This document shows positions 18,430-27,051 of a stretch of DNA of 64,000 nt, one piece after another. The stretch is from a phage: the sequence record PZ386948.1; one strand, given 5' to 3'. The notes below the pieces were generated by a model. It was not told the DNA's origin, did no database searches, and worked only from the letters and a program-made list of their open reading frames with translations. Within the stretch, counting starts at the first letter, position 1. Each line of letters begins with the position of its first letter. Made by a program: the position numbers and the translations under genes.

Positions 18430-19398
18430 TTATTTCAGAAGAGTAACCTCAGCGATTTCTTCCCAACCGTTTTTGTCGGTCATAATAAAGTCAGCAAGAT
18501 AAAGAGCAGTACGCAGTGAAACATTGCGTAAACGATTAACATTGACTTTCATCCATGATAATGCTTTATAAGTTTCTTCATCAGAAAGACCGCGCTTTTG
18601 CATCATGTCAGTTGAAAGAATAACATCTTCAACCCTGACCATAATTTCTTCATTAGTGTGAACACCCAAATCTAAATAAACTGAGCGGGACACTAATGCT
18701 TGTAAATGTGGAGCAAGTTTAGTACCACGGTCTAATTCGCGGTCAATATCAACGTTTGTGATAAAAACAATCGTTCCTTTAAATTCAAACTCACGCTCAA
18801 TGCCTTTTTCTTCTAAGTAAGAAGATGCAGTGCTCCAGCAGACTTTACGGGTCTCTCCGGTGTCCAGAGCAGCTTTCAGAAGATTAAGAATGTCCATATC
18901 AGAGAAAACATCCACATCATCAATCAAAAGGACAGAATTCTCTTCACGATTATTCCAAAGCTGTTCATAAAGACCGATACCAGAGATTTTACCATTAATG
19001 CTTTTATACTCAATGTATCCAATATCATTTGCTTTATTTAAAGCTTTATCTAAAGAATACGTTTTACCAATACCTGCTGCTCCCGAGATAATTAATGAAC
19101 GAATGTTTCCGTTAATAATACCATTCGTCATCATTCCCATAACATTAAATCTTTTATTAATGCGGGTTTTCATATCTTCATACGATTCTTTAACTTCTTC
19201 AACTTTTACACCATCATATGAAATGTCTGATTTGTAAACCCAAACACCGCGACGTTTACCGTCAATTTCAACAAAAACTTTACCATCTCCTTGTGCATCT
19301 ACCGGAGCATTATCTGGGAACCATTCGCCTAAGAGCTCAAAAGTTCCAGAGATTTCTTTACCGAAGTAGATACCCTTATTGATAGTTACAGTTTTCAT
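18430..19398 (-). CDS. AAA+/P-loop ATPase
   Basis: Walker A GAAGIGKT and Walker B VLLIDDVD; ATG at 19398 with GGAG RBS. Confidence 0.65.
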   Translation of the reverse strand: MKTVTINKGIYFGKEISGTFELLGEWFPDNAPVDAQGDGKVFVEIDGKRRGVWVYKSDISYDGVKVEEVKESYEDMKTRINKRFNVMGMMTNGIINGNIRSLIISGAAGIGKTYSLDKALNKANDIGYIEYKSINGKISGIGLYEQLWNNREENSVLLIDDVDVFSDMDILNLLKAALDTGETRKVCWSTASSYLEEKGIEREFEFKGTIVFITNVDIDRELDRGTKLAPHLQALVSRSVYLDLGVHTNEEIMVRVEDVILSTDMMQKRGLSDEETYKALSWMKVNVNRLRNVSLRTALYLADFIMTDKNGWEEIAEVTLLK

Positions 19399-19432
19399 TT
19401 TGTTCTCCAATTTCACATTTGTTTTGATAGGG

Positions 19433-19465
19433 TAATAATATCACACTACTACCCTGCTGTAAACA
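19433..19465 (-). promoter_or_regulatory. Early-promoter repeat
   Basis: GTTTAC (19459-19464), A/T -10, inverted repeat agggta/taccct around the -10. Confidence 0.5.
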
Positions 19466-19467
19466 AT

Positions 19468-19731
19468 TTATTTTAATGTTTGCCAAATTTTTACTGCTTC
19501 ACGACGAGATACTTCTACAGCTCCAAGTTCTACAGCTTTTTGGCGTCGCCGAGCGTGTAAGTCATAATGTTTAATGCGTTTATCTTGAAACCAAGAACGT
19601 TTCATTCCTATTGCTTCTGCCATTTCATGAAGCTCTTCAATATCTCCATCAGTGAACATATGACAATTTTTAGTTGGATGACCGCGAAGTTTCCATCCAT
19701 GATTCATTAAAACATCTACGTAAACTGTCAT
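19468..19731 (-). CDS. Hypothetical protein
   Basis: 87-aa ORF. Confidence 0.5.
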   Translation of the reverse strand: MTVYVDVLMNHGWKLRGHPTKNCHMFTDGDIEELHEMAEAIGMKRSWFQDKRIKHYDLHARRRQKAVELGAVEVSRREAVKIWQTLK

Positions 19732-19877
19732 TGATTCTTCTCCAAATAAGTTTCGATAATTTTCTGAGCGAGATAAACTGCATTATCTTCAGTTGCATCT
19801 TCTAAGAAACTTTCAAAACACTCTGAAATTTCTTCTGTGTCAATCAACTTTTTTACTTCAATTGGTGTAATTTTCAT
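19728..19877 (-). CDS. Hypothetical small protein
   Basis: ATG at 19877 (MKITPIEV...); track N-terminal extension is promoter sequence. Confidence 0.4.
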   Translation of the reverse strand: MKITPIEVKKLIDTEEISECFESFLEDATEDNAVYLAQKIIETYLEKNQ

Positions 19878-19911
19878 TTTGTTTTTCCGTTTAAGTGTTT
19901 GTTTTGATAGT

Positions 19912-19946
19912 TGTATAGTACCATAAAGCTTTATGCTTGTAAACAA
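19912..19946 (-). promoter_or_regulatory. Early-promoter repeat
   Basis: GTTTAC (19939-19944) plus the TGTATAGTACC block. Confidence 0.5.
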
Positions 19947-19964
19947 TTTTGTGAAAAATTTTTG

Positions 19965-19992
19965 AAATAAAAAAGGGAGCCCGAAGGCTCCC
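19965..19992 (-). terminator. Rho-independent terminator
   Basis: gggagcc-uucg-ggcuccc hairpin followed by UUUUUU on the minus strand. Confidence 0.7.
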
Positions 19993-19994
19993 TA

Positions 19995-21005
19995 TCATTT
20001 ATAATAACTTCGGTGGTTTTCAAGATAAACCCTCTCAAGGAAGTCATCCCAAAAACCCATGTCTACTTTTTGCTGCATACCGTTCTTAGAAGCTTCAGTA
20101 GATGCTGCTTCTACTTGATCGACCACATCTTCCAAAAACTCTTGAACCGTTTTAAATGGATGTTTACCCAACTTCACGTCGAGAATAAATGGAGCATCTT
20201 GGAGTGGATAAACCAAGTCACCAGTTTTGTAAATTTCCAATAGTTGGAGTCCACCACGGCAAGCATGACTCATAGCTTTCCAGTCAATACCTTCATTGGC
20301 TTCGGCCTTACGAGCACGTTCACCGTATTCAGCATCTAATTTGTTCAGTGACTGCTTAAGCTCAATAAGAGAAAGCGTTGTCTGATATTTACGACCCAAC
20401 ACTGTGTAAAACGTCTGTGGGCCTGTTTTCTCATGATTATGGAACACCCATTCACAGAATTCGTTTTCTGGAAGACGATGCTTAATATCTTCAACTTTAG
20501 TACGACGCTGCTTAATGGAACCGTCTTCTTGGTAATCAACCCATTGCTCAGGGATTTGATTAACTACTTTCAATACATCGCGTAATGCAGCCAAACGAGA
20601 ACCCTTAACGCCGTATTTAGAAGCTTGCTTACGGACATATCCTAAATAGGATTTCATGTTAGTCGTATAAAAACGAGAACGGTTGTCTTGAATAAACTTC
20701 CACACATCAGGCAAATCAGATTTAACCACTAACTCAGGTGGAGTGTGAAGCATATCTAACGCTACAGTTTCACCATCTGCTGCTAATTTAAAGAAATATT
20801 TAAGACTATACAATTCGTGGTCAATATCATCTTTAGTGTTTTTAGATGATGTGTTGTTAGTGTTTTTACTCATATGCTCTTTAACATTTCCGATAAGAAT
20901 ATCGCGAGCAGGAGGAACAAAAATTTCTTTAAAATCTACATCAGATTCTGGAGTAGAAGTTCCATAAAGATGACTACCAAAATAAGACTTAACTACAGTT
21001 TTCAT
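19995..21005 (-). CDS. Nucleotidyltransferase-fold protein (putative)
   Basis: GSHLYGTSTPESDVDF resembles the G[SG]-x-D-h-[DE] NTase signature; start codon ambiguous (21041/21020/21005); 5' end overlaps the HNH gene. Confidence 0.5.
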   Translation of the reverse strand: MKTVVKSYFGSHLYGTSTPESDVDFKEIFVPPARDILIGNVKEHMSKNTNNTSSKNTKDDIDHELYSLKYFFKLAADGETVALDMLHTPPELVVKSDLPDVWKFIQDNRSRFYTTNMKSYLGYVRKQASKYGVKGSRLAALRDVLKVVNQIPEQWVDYQEDGSIKQRRTKVEDIKHRLPENEFCEWVFHNHEKTGPQTFYTVLGRKYQTTLSLIELKQSLNKLDAEYGERARKAEANEGIDWKAMSHACRGGLQLLEIYKTGDLVYPLQDAPFILDVKLGKHPFKTVQEFLEDVVDQVEAASTEASKNGMQQKVDMGFWDDFLERVYLENHRSYYK

Positions 21006-21768
21006 TATTAGACCTTTCATAATCTTCATTAAATTGTACAATCAATCGATGATAATTAGATTTTGGATATCCTAATTTACTTATATAAGTTCCGAATGAC
21101 CCACGTTTAGGTCTATTTAATTTAATCCATAACTTATAAAGTAAGTCATAGTCTTGCCAATGTTTACCAGTTCTTTGTCTAATTTTAGATGAATTTGATT
21201 GTTTCTTTTTAGTTTCAAAATTATTCAAAGATTTTTTGACTGCAGCAGAGTGTTTTTCTTTAACTCCCGGTCGTTTAAAAGCAGCTTTCACCCCTTTAGA
21301 TATTTTTTCTTTAACTTCCGGTTTGTTTTGTGCTTCTAACTGGGATTCTGAAATTTTAGCCCTTATTTCAGGAAGACTTAATGTTATCGAACGTTTTTCT
21401 CTGTATTCATTAGACTTCCACATTTCTTTCATTGTATTAGAATGTATTTTTGAAAATTTTTCTCTAACTAACTGATATCCTCTTGAAGTTAATTTGAGAT
21501 TTCTTCCTAAAGAATCTTCTCCAAAATTATAAAATGACCACCATGCATAAATTAATCCAGGCGAATTATAATGAATTTTAGCTAAAAGCCAATGGGCTAT
21601 AAAATGCTCTCTAGCTGTTAATAAAACTAGATTATCAGAATCATCATTACCACCAATACAAGATGGAATAATATGATGCTTTTCCGTATAAAAATTTAAT
21701 TTAGATTTATCTAATTTTCTGAGTTTTCCTTTCTTAATTAAATTATTATATACTTTAGTATAATTCAT
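20989..21768 (-). CDS. HNH homing endonuclease, mobD-like by position
   Basis: 259 aa; EKHHIIPSCIGG...NLVLLTAREHFIAHWLLAK; C-terminal similarity to ORF 259-1113. Confidence 0.8.
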   Translation of the reverse strand: MNYTKVYNNLIKKGKLRKLDKSKLNFYTEKHHIIPSCIGGNDDSDNLVLLTAREHFIAHWLLAKIHYNSPGLIYAWWSFYNFGEDSLGRNLKLTSRGYQLVREKFSKIHSNTMKEMWKSNEYREKRSITLSLPEIRAKISESQLEAQNKPEVKEKISKGVKAAFKRPGVKEKHSAAVKKSLNNFETKKKQSNSSKIRQRTGKHWQDYDLLYKLWIKLNRPKRGSFGTYISKLGYPKSNYHRLIVQFNEDYERSNNENCS

Positions 21769-21842
21769 TGGTTTTTCGTCTCATTTAATTTTGCTTTGCA
21801 TTTATAACACATGTCTGTTCCACTTGAAATAAACATATTTCC

Positions 21843-22400
21843 TCACTTTGAAATCATAGTTGGAATGACAGAATCAAGATAAGTCTTTAGTGCAATAGCT
21901 TCGTCTTTGGTAAATGTGACAATATGTGCTCGAAAATCATCAATTTGACGAATAGTTAAGACATCTCCATCTTCATAACATTTTGATACGTTTAAAACAG
22001 TTTCATCATTCTGATTGCAAGCGTTAGTAATAATAGCATTGCAATTTTTAAACCATTTTAAACTATGTTTTCTTTCATTAGAATAATAAAAATATTTAAT
22101 CTTATCTATAAAACTATCCCAATGGATAACTGATAAACACATTGACTCACTTTTAATATTAAATCCTGGGCATGAAGAATAAAAATGAATTTTGTGCTCA
22201 TCATTGATGCTTACTATTTTATCAGTATAAGGATATTCAATTTGGGTTAAATGAATGATTTCACTAGGCGTAAAATATAGCATATCGTCTTCTTGTGTCA
22301 AACGATACATATTATTTACTTTTTCTATAGCTAATTCACCAAAAAGCGGACTAACTTCTAATACTAATCGTTTCATATTGATTCTCTTCGACTCACTCAC
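21843..22400 (-). CDS. Hypothetical protein
   Basis: 185-aa ORF. Confidence 0.5.
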   Translation of the reverse strand: MSESKRINMKRLVLEVSPLFGELAIEKVNNMYRLTQEDDMLYFTPSEIIHLTQIEYPYTDKIVSINDEHKIHFYSSCPGFNIKSESMCLSVIHWDSFIDKIKYFYYSNERKHSLKWFKNCNAIITNACNQNDETVLNVSKCYEDGDVLTIRQIDDFRAHIVTFTKDEAIALKTYLDSVIPTMISK

Positions 22401-22532
22401 AATTACATACTCCTTTGAATAATATCAATAATGTTGTTCACCAGATTATAAGTAAACATTGGATAATTATATTGAATCATCACATACACAACAAACAAAA
22501 CTTTCATTCTCTTCTCCTTGGAAGTTGACAAG

Positions 22533-22566
22533 ATTACTATACCATAACCTTGCCAACTTGTAAACC
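22533..22566 (-). promoter_or_regulatory. Early-promoter repeat
   Basis: GTTTAC (22560-22565) and TATAGT-like -10. Confidence 0.45.
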
Positions 22567-22567
22567 A

Positions 22568-22741
22568 TTAAATGGCGTTTTCAATAAAATTCTGAAGCTT
22601 TGTGTGAGCATCAACCATGATTTTCATTTCTTCTTTGGCGAAAGCTGTACCTCTTTCCCGAGAAGAACATTCATAGTCAGAAACTGCATTAGCATATTCT
22701 TCAATTAGTTTCATTAAAAACATCTGCTTTTCAGTTTTCAT
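22568..22741 (-). CDS. Hypothetical small protein (57 aa), below the ORF-track cutoff
   Basis: ATG at 22741 next to the upstream stop (coupled geometry). Confidence 0.3.
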   Translation of the reverse strand: MKTEKQMFLMKLIEEYANAVSDYECSSRERGTAFAKEEMKIMVDAHTKLQNFIENAI

Positions 22742-22925
22742 TATTCCACCTAATCATTTCAAGATATTGAACTAACTTAGCTTTAGATTTATCCAAATCC
22801 TTTTTAGCTGCTTCTATACCATCGTATGAATATCCTTCACAATGCTCAACTGCTAATTGATATGAATCTATTTCAATATCACGTGCTAATTTAATGATTT
22901 TTTCAAACTGTTCGCGTGTTAGCAT
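22731..22925 (-). CDS. Hypothetical protein
   Basis: 64-aa ORF. Confidence 0.45.
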   Translation of the reverse strand: MLTREQFEKIIKLARDIEIDSYQLAVEHCEGYSYDGIEAAKKDLDKSKAKLVQYLEMIRWNNEN

Positions 22926-22927
22926 AC

Positions 22928-23131
22928 TTACACTCTCGTATTATGATCGATAATTTCATCAAGAAACATATCTAACGCTTCTATAGCATTATCCACTTTA
23001 GTTTCAAAGTCTTTAATGCCTTTATTCGAAATACCCGATGAATACCAAGCAAAGTCAATCAGCTCTTCATCTGCTTTACGAATTGAAGCCACTAATTCCT
23101 TGATTTTATCTGCTTGCTCTATACTAATCAT
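22928..23131 (-). CDS. Hypothetical protein
   Basis: ATG at 23131 overlapping the upstream stop (TAATG). Confidence 0.4.
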   Translation of the reverse strand: MISIEQADKIKELVASIRKADEELIDFAWYSSGISNKGIKDFETKVDNAIEALDMFLDEIIDHNTRV

Positions 23132-23319
23132 TATTCCACCACATATGACAGAGAGAATATTGCACACGCCATGTGAGTTGCAACTTCATCACACATATCA
23201 TAACGTTTCTTAAGAAGTTCTACAAGTTCTTCACTAGTGACTTCATCCATGTCGACGAAAAAATCACCATTAATGATGACATAGATATTTCCTTCTTGAT
23301 TAAGTGCTTCAATTTTCAT
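23131..23319 (-). CDS. Hypothetical small acidic protein
   Basis: ATG at 23319 (MKIEALNQ...); track extension is promoter sequence. Confidence 0.4.
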   Translation of the reverse strand: MKIEALNQEGNIYVIINGDFFVDMDEVTSEELVELLKKRYDMCDEVATHMACAIFSLSYVVE

Positions 23320-23344
23320 GATGTTCTCCTCTTTATCCGATGGT

Positions 23345-23379
23345 TGTATAGTACCACAGCTCAAACGGAAAGTAAACCG
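23345..23379 (-). promoter_or_regulatory. Early-promoter repeat
   Basis: GTTTAC (23372-23377) plus the TGTATAGTACC block. Confidence 0.5.
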
Positions 23380-23385
23380 GTAAAA

Positions 23386-23409
23386 TGAAAAAAGTCTCCC
23401 GAAGGAGAC
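23386..23409 (-). terminator. Rho-independent terminator
   Basis: gucucc-uucg-ggagac hairpin followed by UUUUUU. Confidence 0.7.
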
Positions 23410-23414
23410 TAATG

Positions 23415-23801
23415 TTATTCGAGGGAAAGAAGATACTTACTCTGGTAAAACATTCCAGTAATATCATCTATCGTGCTTTGGATGGCTGGAGGCATTTCTT
23501 TATAAATGCTGTTAGATTGGTCTAGTATGTGATCAATCATTCTAATTGTGTCGGTAGGAAGTTTACTAGCATCTGGAATTGAAGGTGTGTATTTTCTACC
23601 AGAATACCCCAAATATTGCTCACCAAATTTATCAATCAAATCTGGCAACTCGGAGAAAATAAAATCGTATGCTTTGTGTCTAGCATAACTTTTAGTTTCA
23701 AAATGTGCAGAATGAAAATAAGCTTGTGCAGCCATTAATAAACCTAAGTATTCATCTGCCTTTGAAGGTTTTCCACTTTGTGAAAAGTCGCTGAATTTCA
23801 T
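23415..23801 (-). CDS. Hypothetical protein
   Basis: 128-aa ORF downstream of the rI-like gene. Confidence 0.5.
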   Translation of the reverse strand: MKFSDFSQSGKPSKADEYLGLLMAAQAYFHSAHFETKSYARHKAYDFIFSELPDLIDKFGEQYLGYSGRKYTPSIPDASKLPTDTIRMIDHILDQSNSIYKEMPPAIQSTIDDITGMFYQSKYLLSLE

Positions 23802-24091
23802 TCAGTCTCCAATTTAATGTTCATAATTCTAGCGTATGATTGTGCCATCTCCGCGCCTCGCTCTATACATTCAAAATCGGAAGAGCACGGGTCATTTTTA
23901 TAAGTCGTTCGCATAAAACTATAGAACTGTTCAGATGATTCTACGCTTTTGTTTTCAAAAAGCATATAAACGTGTCTAATACCAGATTCCATAAATTTAT
24001 CAAAATGAGGATCGACATTCGCTTCAATTGGTGGAGATAAAGCAAACGCTAATCCTAGCATGGCAAATAGTGCCGTTGCTTTTAAGGCCAT
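23798..24091 (-). CDS. rI: Lysis-inhibition regulator RI-like (secreted)
   Basis: 97 aa with N-terminal signal/SAR-like segment MALKATALFAMLGLAFALSPPIEA; located just upstream of tk region as in T4. Confidence 0.7.
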   Translation of the reverse strand: MALKATALFAMLGLAFALSPPIEANVDPHFDKFMESGIRHVYMLFENKSVESSEQFYSFMRTTYKNDPCSSDFECIERGAEMAQSYARIMNIKLETE

Positions 24092-24103
24092 AAAGGCCTC
24101 CTA

Positions 24104-24316
24104 TCATTTTTGTCCTGTATTTACTTTATGCCGATGCACGGCCTTAACTTTATCAAGGTATTTTTCAAAATTTCGCAATCTAGTATAGTCTGCCGGAGAT
24201 TGGTTGAGTGATACTTCTCGACGCAAAGCTGAAATGATATTTCCAACTTCCCTACGAATTTCATCTAATTGAAGAACAGTAAGATTGCGAAGTTGCTTTT
24301 CAGTTAATTGTAGCAT
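24104..24316 (-). CDS. Hypothetical protein
   Basis: 70-aa ORF. Confidence 0.45.
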
Positions 24317-24358
24317 ATATACCCCTTTAGTTAGATAAACCTATTTATAACTTTTGCA

Positions 24359-24940
24359 CTAACCGAGCTTTTTAGTTAATTCATTCCAATGTTTTCTACA
24401 CAAAGAAACATAAATTTCATCACCAATACAGATTTGATTACCTTCTTTAACTGGTGTTCCATCTTCCATTAATCGAGCTGTCATAATAGCTTTTTTACCA
24501 CAATGACAAACTGCCTTTAGTTCAATAAGTTTATCTGCAATCGCCAAAAGTTCTTTAGAACCTTCAAATAATTTTCCAGCGAAATCAGTCCTTAGCCCAT
24601 AAGCCATAACAGGAACATTATATGTATCAACAATTCGACTTAATTGATGCACCTGTTTAGTTTTTAAAAACTGAGCTTCATCTACAAATACACAATGAAT
24701 ATCTTTTTGTGCTTCAGCCCATTTATAGAACTCAAAAATATCCATATCATCCGTAATAATATTCGCTTCCTGCTTAATTCCAATGCGAGAAACGACTTCA
24801 CAGACAGAATCACGAGTATCAATAGCAGGCTTAAGAACTAATACACCCATTCCGCGTTCTTTATAATTATGTGCAGCAGTCAAAAGAGAAGCAGATTTTC
24901 CAGCATTCATTGCTGCGTAAGTAAAAATTAAACTCGCCAT
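24359..24940 (-). CDS. tk: Thymidine kinase
   Basis: 193 aa; P-loop MNAGKS, C-terminal Zn-binding CHCGKKA...C; classic TK1-type. Confidence 0.92.
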   Translation of the reverse strand: MASLIFTYAAMNAGKSASLLTAAHNYKERGMGVLVLKPAIDTRDSVCEVVSRIGIKQEANIITDDMDIFEFYKWAEAQKDIHCVFVDEAQFLKTKQVHQLSRIVDTYNVPVMAYGLRTDFAGKLFEGSKELLAIADKLIELKAVCHCGKKAIMTARLMEDGTPVKEGNQICIGDEIYVSLCRKHWNELTKKLG

Positions 24941-24949
24941 ATCACCTTC

Positions 24950-25135
24950 TTAAAGCGTATTCACATAAGCTATTAATTCGTTTTCTTTCTTATCAAACCG
25001 ATCAGCAAATTCTTCTTGCTGATCGGGAGATAGCGGGCCGTATTCATCATAAAAGGTGTTTGCTTCTGTATGCTCATCTAGAAGTTCATGGATAAGCTCA
25101 AACAATTTATCTTTTTGTTCTTTACTCAGACTCAT
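24950..25135 (-). CDS. Hypothetical acidic protein
   Basis: 61-aa ORF. Confidence 0.45.
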   Translation of the reverse strand: MSLSKEQKDKLFELIHELLDEHTEANTFYDEYGPLSPDQQEEFADRFDKKENELIAYVNTL

Positions 25136-25301
25136 ATATTAATTTCCAGGAGTTTTAAAATAATTCGCTTTTGCTTAAATATTTCCATAGTTAAATGACC
25201 AGTATCTTTTTGACCGATTCCAATGGCAAAACCTTTATTGACAGCGAGTTCAATTAAATTATCAAGCTCACGTAACACTTCATATTGTAACTCAAAACTA
25301 T

Positions 25302-25529
25302 TCATTTCGGTTTACCTTCTTTAACGAAATCAGGATAAGGATAAAATCCTGAATAAAATCCTTCACCTTTATGATTGATGCATCCTTTATTAGAACAATA
25401 GCACCAATAATCGAAATCACAAGCCATTTCATCATTACATAAAGCAAAAACAACTGGCCATTCACACTTTTCGCAGTGGGCATTTTTAAGAATACTGGTT
25501 TGGCTCATAACCATGTAACCTTTAAACAA
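25302..25529 (-). CDS. Cysteine-rich small protein (possible Zn-binding)
   Basis: 75 aa containing 9 Cys/His-rich positions (CEKCEW...CDFDYWCYCSNKGCINH). Confidence 0.45.
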   Translation of the reverse strand: MFKGYMVMSQTSILKNAHCEKCEWPVVFALCNDEMACDFDYWCYCSNKGCINHKGEGFYSGFYPYPDFVKEGKPK

Positions 25530-25717
25530 TATTCTTCTACATGTTGTTTACGACCTTTCCTATCAATAAAGGTATATTCAACGAATGTTCCAATATAGTC
25601 TTTATCTACATCATGTGGACTATTAATTGGGCATTTAGTACGGCAAATGCGTTCCCATTGACGAATAATTTCCACTTTGTTTTTAGGATCAAACGGATGC
25701 GGGTAATGTACTTTCAT
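25505..25717 (-). CDS. Hypothetical protein
   Basis: 70-aa ORF. Confidence 0.45.
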   Translation of the reverse strand: MKVHYPHPFDPKNKVEIIRQWERICRTKCPINSPHDVDKDYIGTFVEYTFIDRKGRKQHVEEYCLKVTWL

Positions 25718-26168
25718 AATCCACCACTATTAAATCAATATCAGGAGTAAACATGTCGATTAATTTAGAAACCTTATCCCAATCGCCGCCAGCAATACCG
25801 CAACCTATGCGTGGAATGTAAATTACTGGTTTAAACAAAAGGGTTTCTGCCTGTAGATTTAATTCTATCATGCAGTTTACTAAAGCACCATAATCAAGAT
25901 TAGGACCCGGTTCGTATTGTGTATACAGGTTATAGCATATACCAAATCCCGTAGGACTATGTTTAAAAACAATAGACATATCGCCTAATTTATCACGAGA
26001 ACCGTACTCGGTAGTGGTTTTATCTATTTCTAAAATTTTGGGATAGGCTCTTGCTAATTGACCCGCTACGCCAGAGCCCATTGTGTGGAAGCAATTGCAC
26101 CCGTGCGCAATAATATTACCTTGAAGAAATAGGGCGACAATATCGCCCTTGATATATTTTACAATCAT
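25689..26168 (-). CDS. Macro-domain protein (putative ADP-ribose binding/hydrolase)
   Basis: 159 aa; GDIV...GNIIAHGCNC..MGSGVAGQLA...IPRIGCGIAGGDW, typical macrodomain motifs. Confidence 0.65.
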   Translation of the reverse strand: MIVKYIKGDIVALFLQGNIIAHGCNCFHTMGSGVAGQLARAYPKILEIDKTTTEYGSRDKLGDMSIVFKHSPTGFGICYNLYTQYEPGPNLDYGALVNCMIELNLQAETLLFKPVIYIPRIGCGIAGGDWDKVSKLIDMFTPDIDLIVVDYESTLPASV

Positions 26169-26506
26169 CTAGTACTCAATCCTCGATTATAAGAATCTAC
26201 TAAACGGTCAACCATTGAATGACAAGCGGCTTTATCTTTCTCCTCCGCAACTGAACATTCTAAAGTATTCCACTTTTTAGCATATCGTTTTAACAATGTA
26301 TCATTTTTATATCTGCTTGATTTATCTCTTTCTCCGTCTTTATATGCATATATTAATTTCTGCGCAAATTCAGCTTGGCATGCTTTATTTTTCCCACAAT
26401 AATCCGCGGCAGTACGGTTTACATACTCTCTAATTTCAGTATATGATGTATCTGCTAACGCAGAAAATGAAATTAATCCTATACATAAAACCAAAATTTT
26501 AGTCAT
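26165..26506 (-). CDS. Secreted small protein (signal peptide, conserved Cys)
   Basis: 113 aa; MTKILVLCIGLISFSALA signal peptide. Confidence 0.5.
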   Translation of the reverse strand: MTKILVLCIGLISFSALADTSYTEIREYVNRTAADYCGKNKACQAEFAQKLIYAYKDGERDKSSRYKNDTLLKRYAKKWNTLECSVAEEKDKAACHSMVDRLVDSYNRGLSTR

Positions 26507-27044
26507 TTACTATTTCCAAAAGTTTATTATTTTTAAGGTAATTAGCCTTTTCTAGGACTTCAGAAGCATATTTAGAACCAGCTTTAACATTCCATCCCGA
26601 ATTATAAGAGGATATTGCTTTTCTTATATCGCCCTTATGTATATTTAACCAATAAGAAAGTTCAATGTACGCCCAGGAAGCTGAATTGGATCGTTTATTC
26701 AACATTCTTTTTATTTCAGCATCGGTCATATTATAACCAAGTTCCTTAACTCTTGCTCGCATAGTAGGCAAATAATTTTGGAACATTCCATAAGCGTGAT
26801 GCTTTGGTTTAGATTTTAAATTAACTCCGCCAGAGCTTTCTTGCCATAAAATAGCAGCCATTATATGACCTAATCCGCTCTTGTGGATATTTTTGTGTGT
26901 TTTATATTTTCCATCCTTAGAAAATTGTTCCCCGAATTGATACGCGTAACGCATGTTATCGAGTTGGACATTACTGAAAGTATGCTCGGAGCTATGTGCC
27001 ATCATTGAAATGGCCAATAGACCAGCGAGTAGTGCTTTTCTCAT
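26499..27044 (-). CDS. Secreted lytic-transglycosylase-like (SLT domain) protein
   Basis: 181 aa; signal peptide plus ILWQESSG catalytic-Glu motif. Confidence 0.55.
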   Translation of the reverse strand: MRKALLAGLLAISMMAHSSEHTFSNVQLDNMRYAYQFGEQFSKDGKYKTHKNIHKSGLGHIMAAILWQESSGGVNLKSKPKHHAYGMFQNYLPTMRARVKELGYNMTDAEIKRMLNKRSNSASWAYIELSYWLNIHKGDIRKAISSYNSGWNVKAGSKYASEVLEKANYLKNNKLLEIVND

Positions 27045-27051
27045 GCTTACC

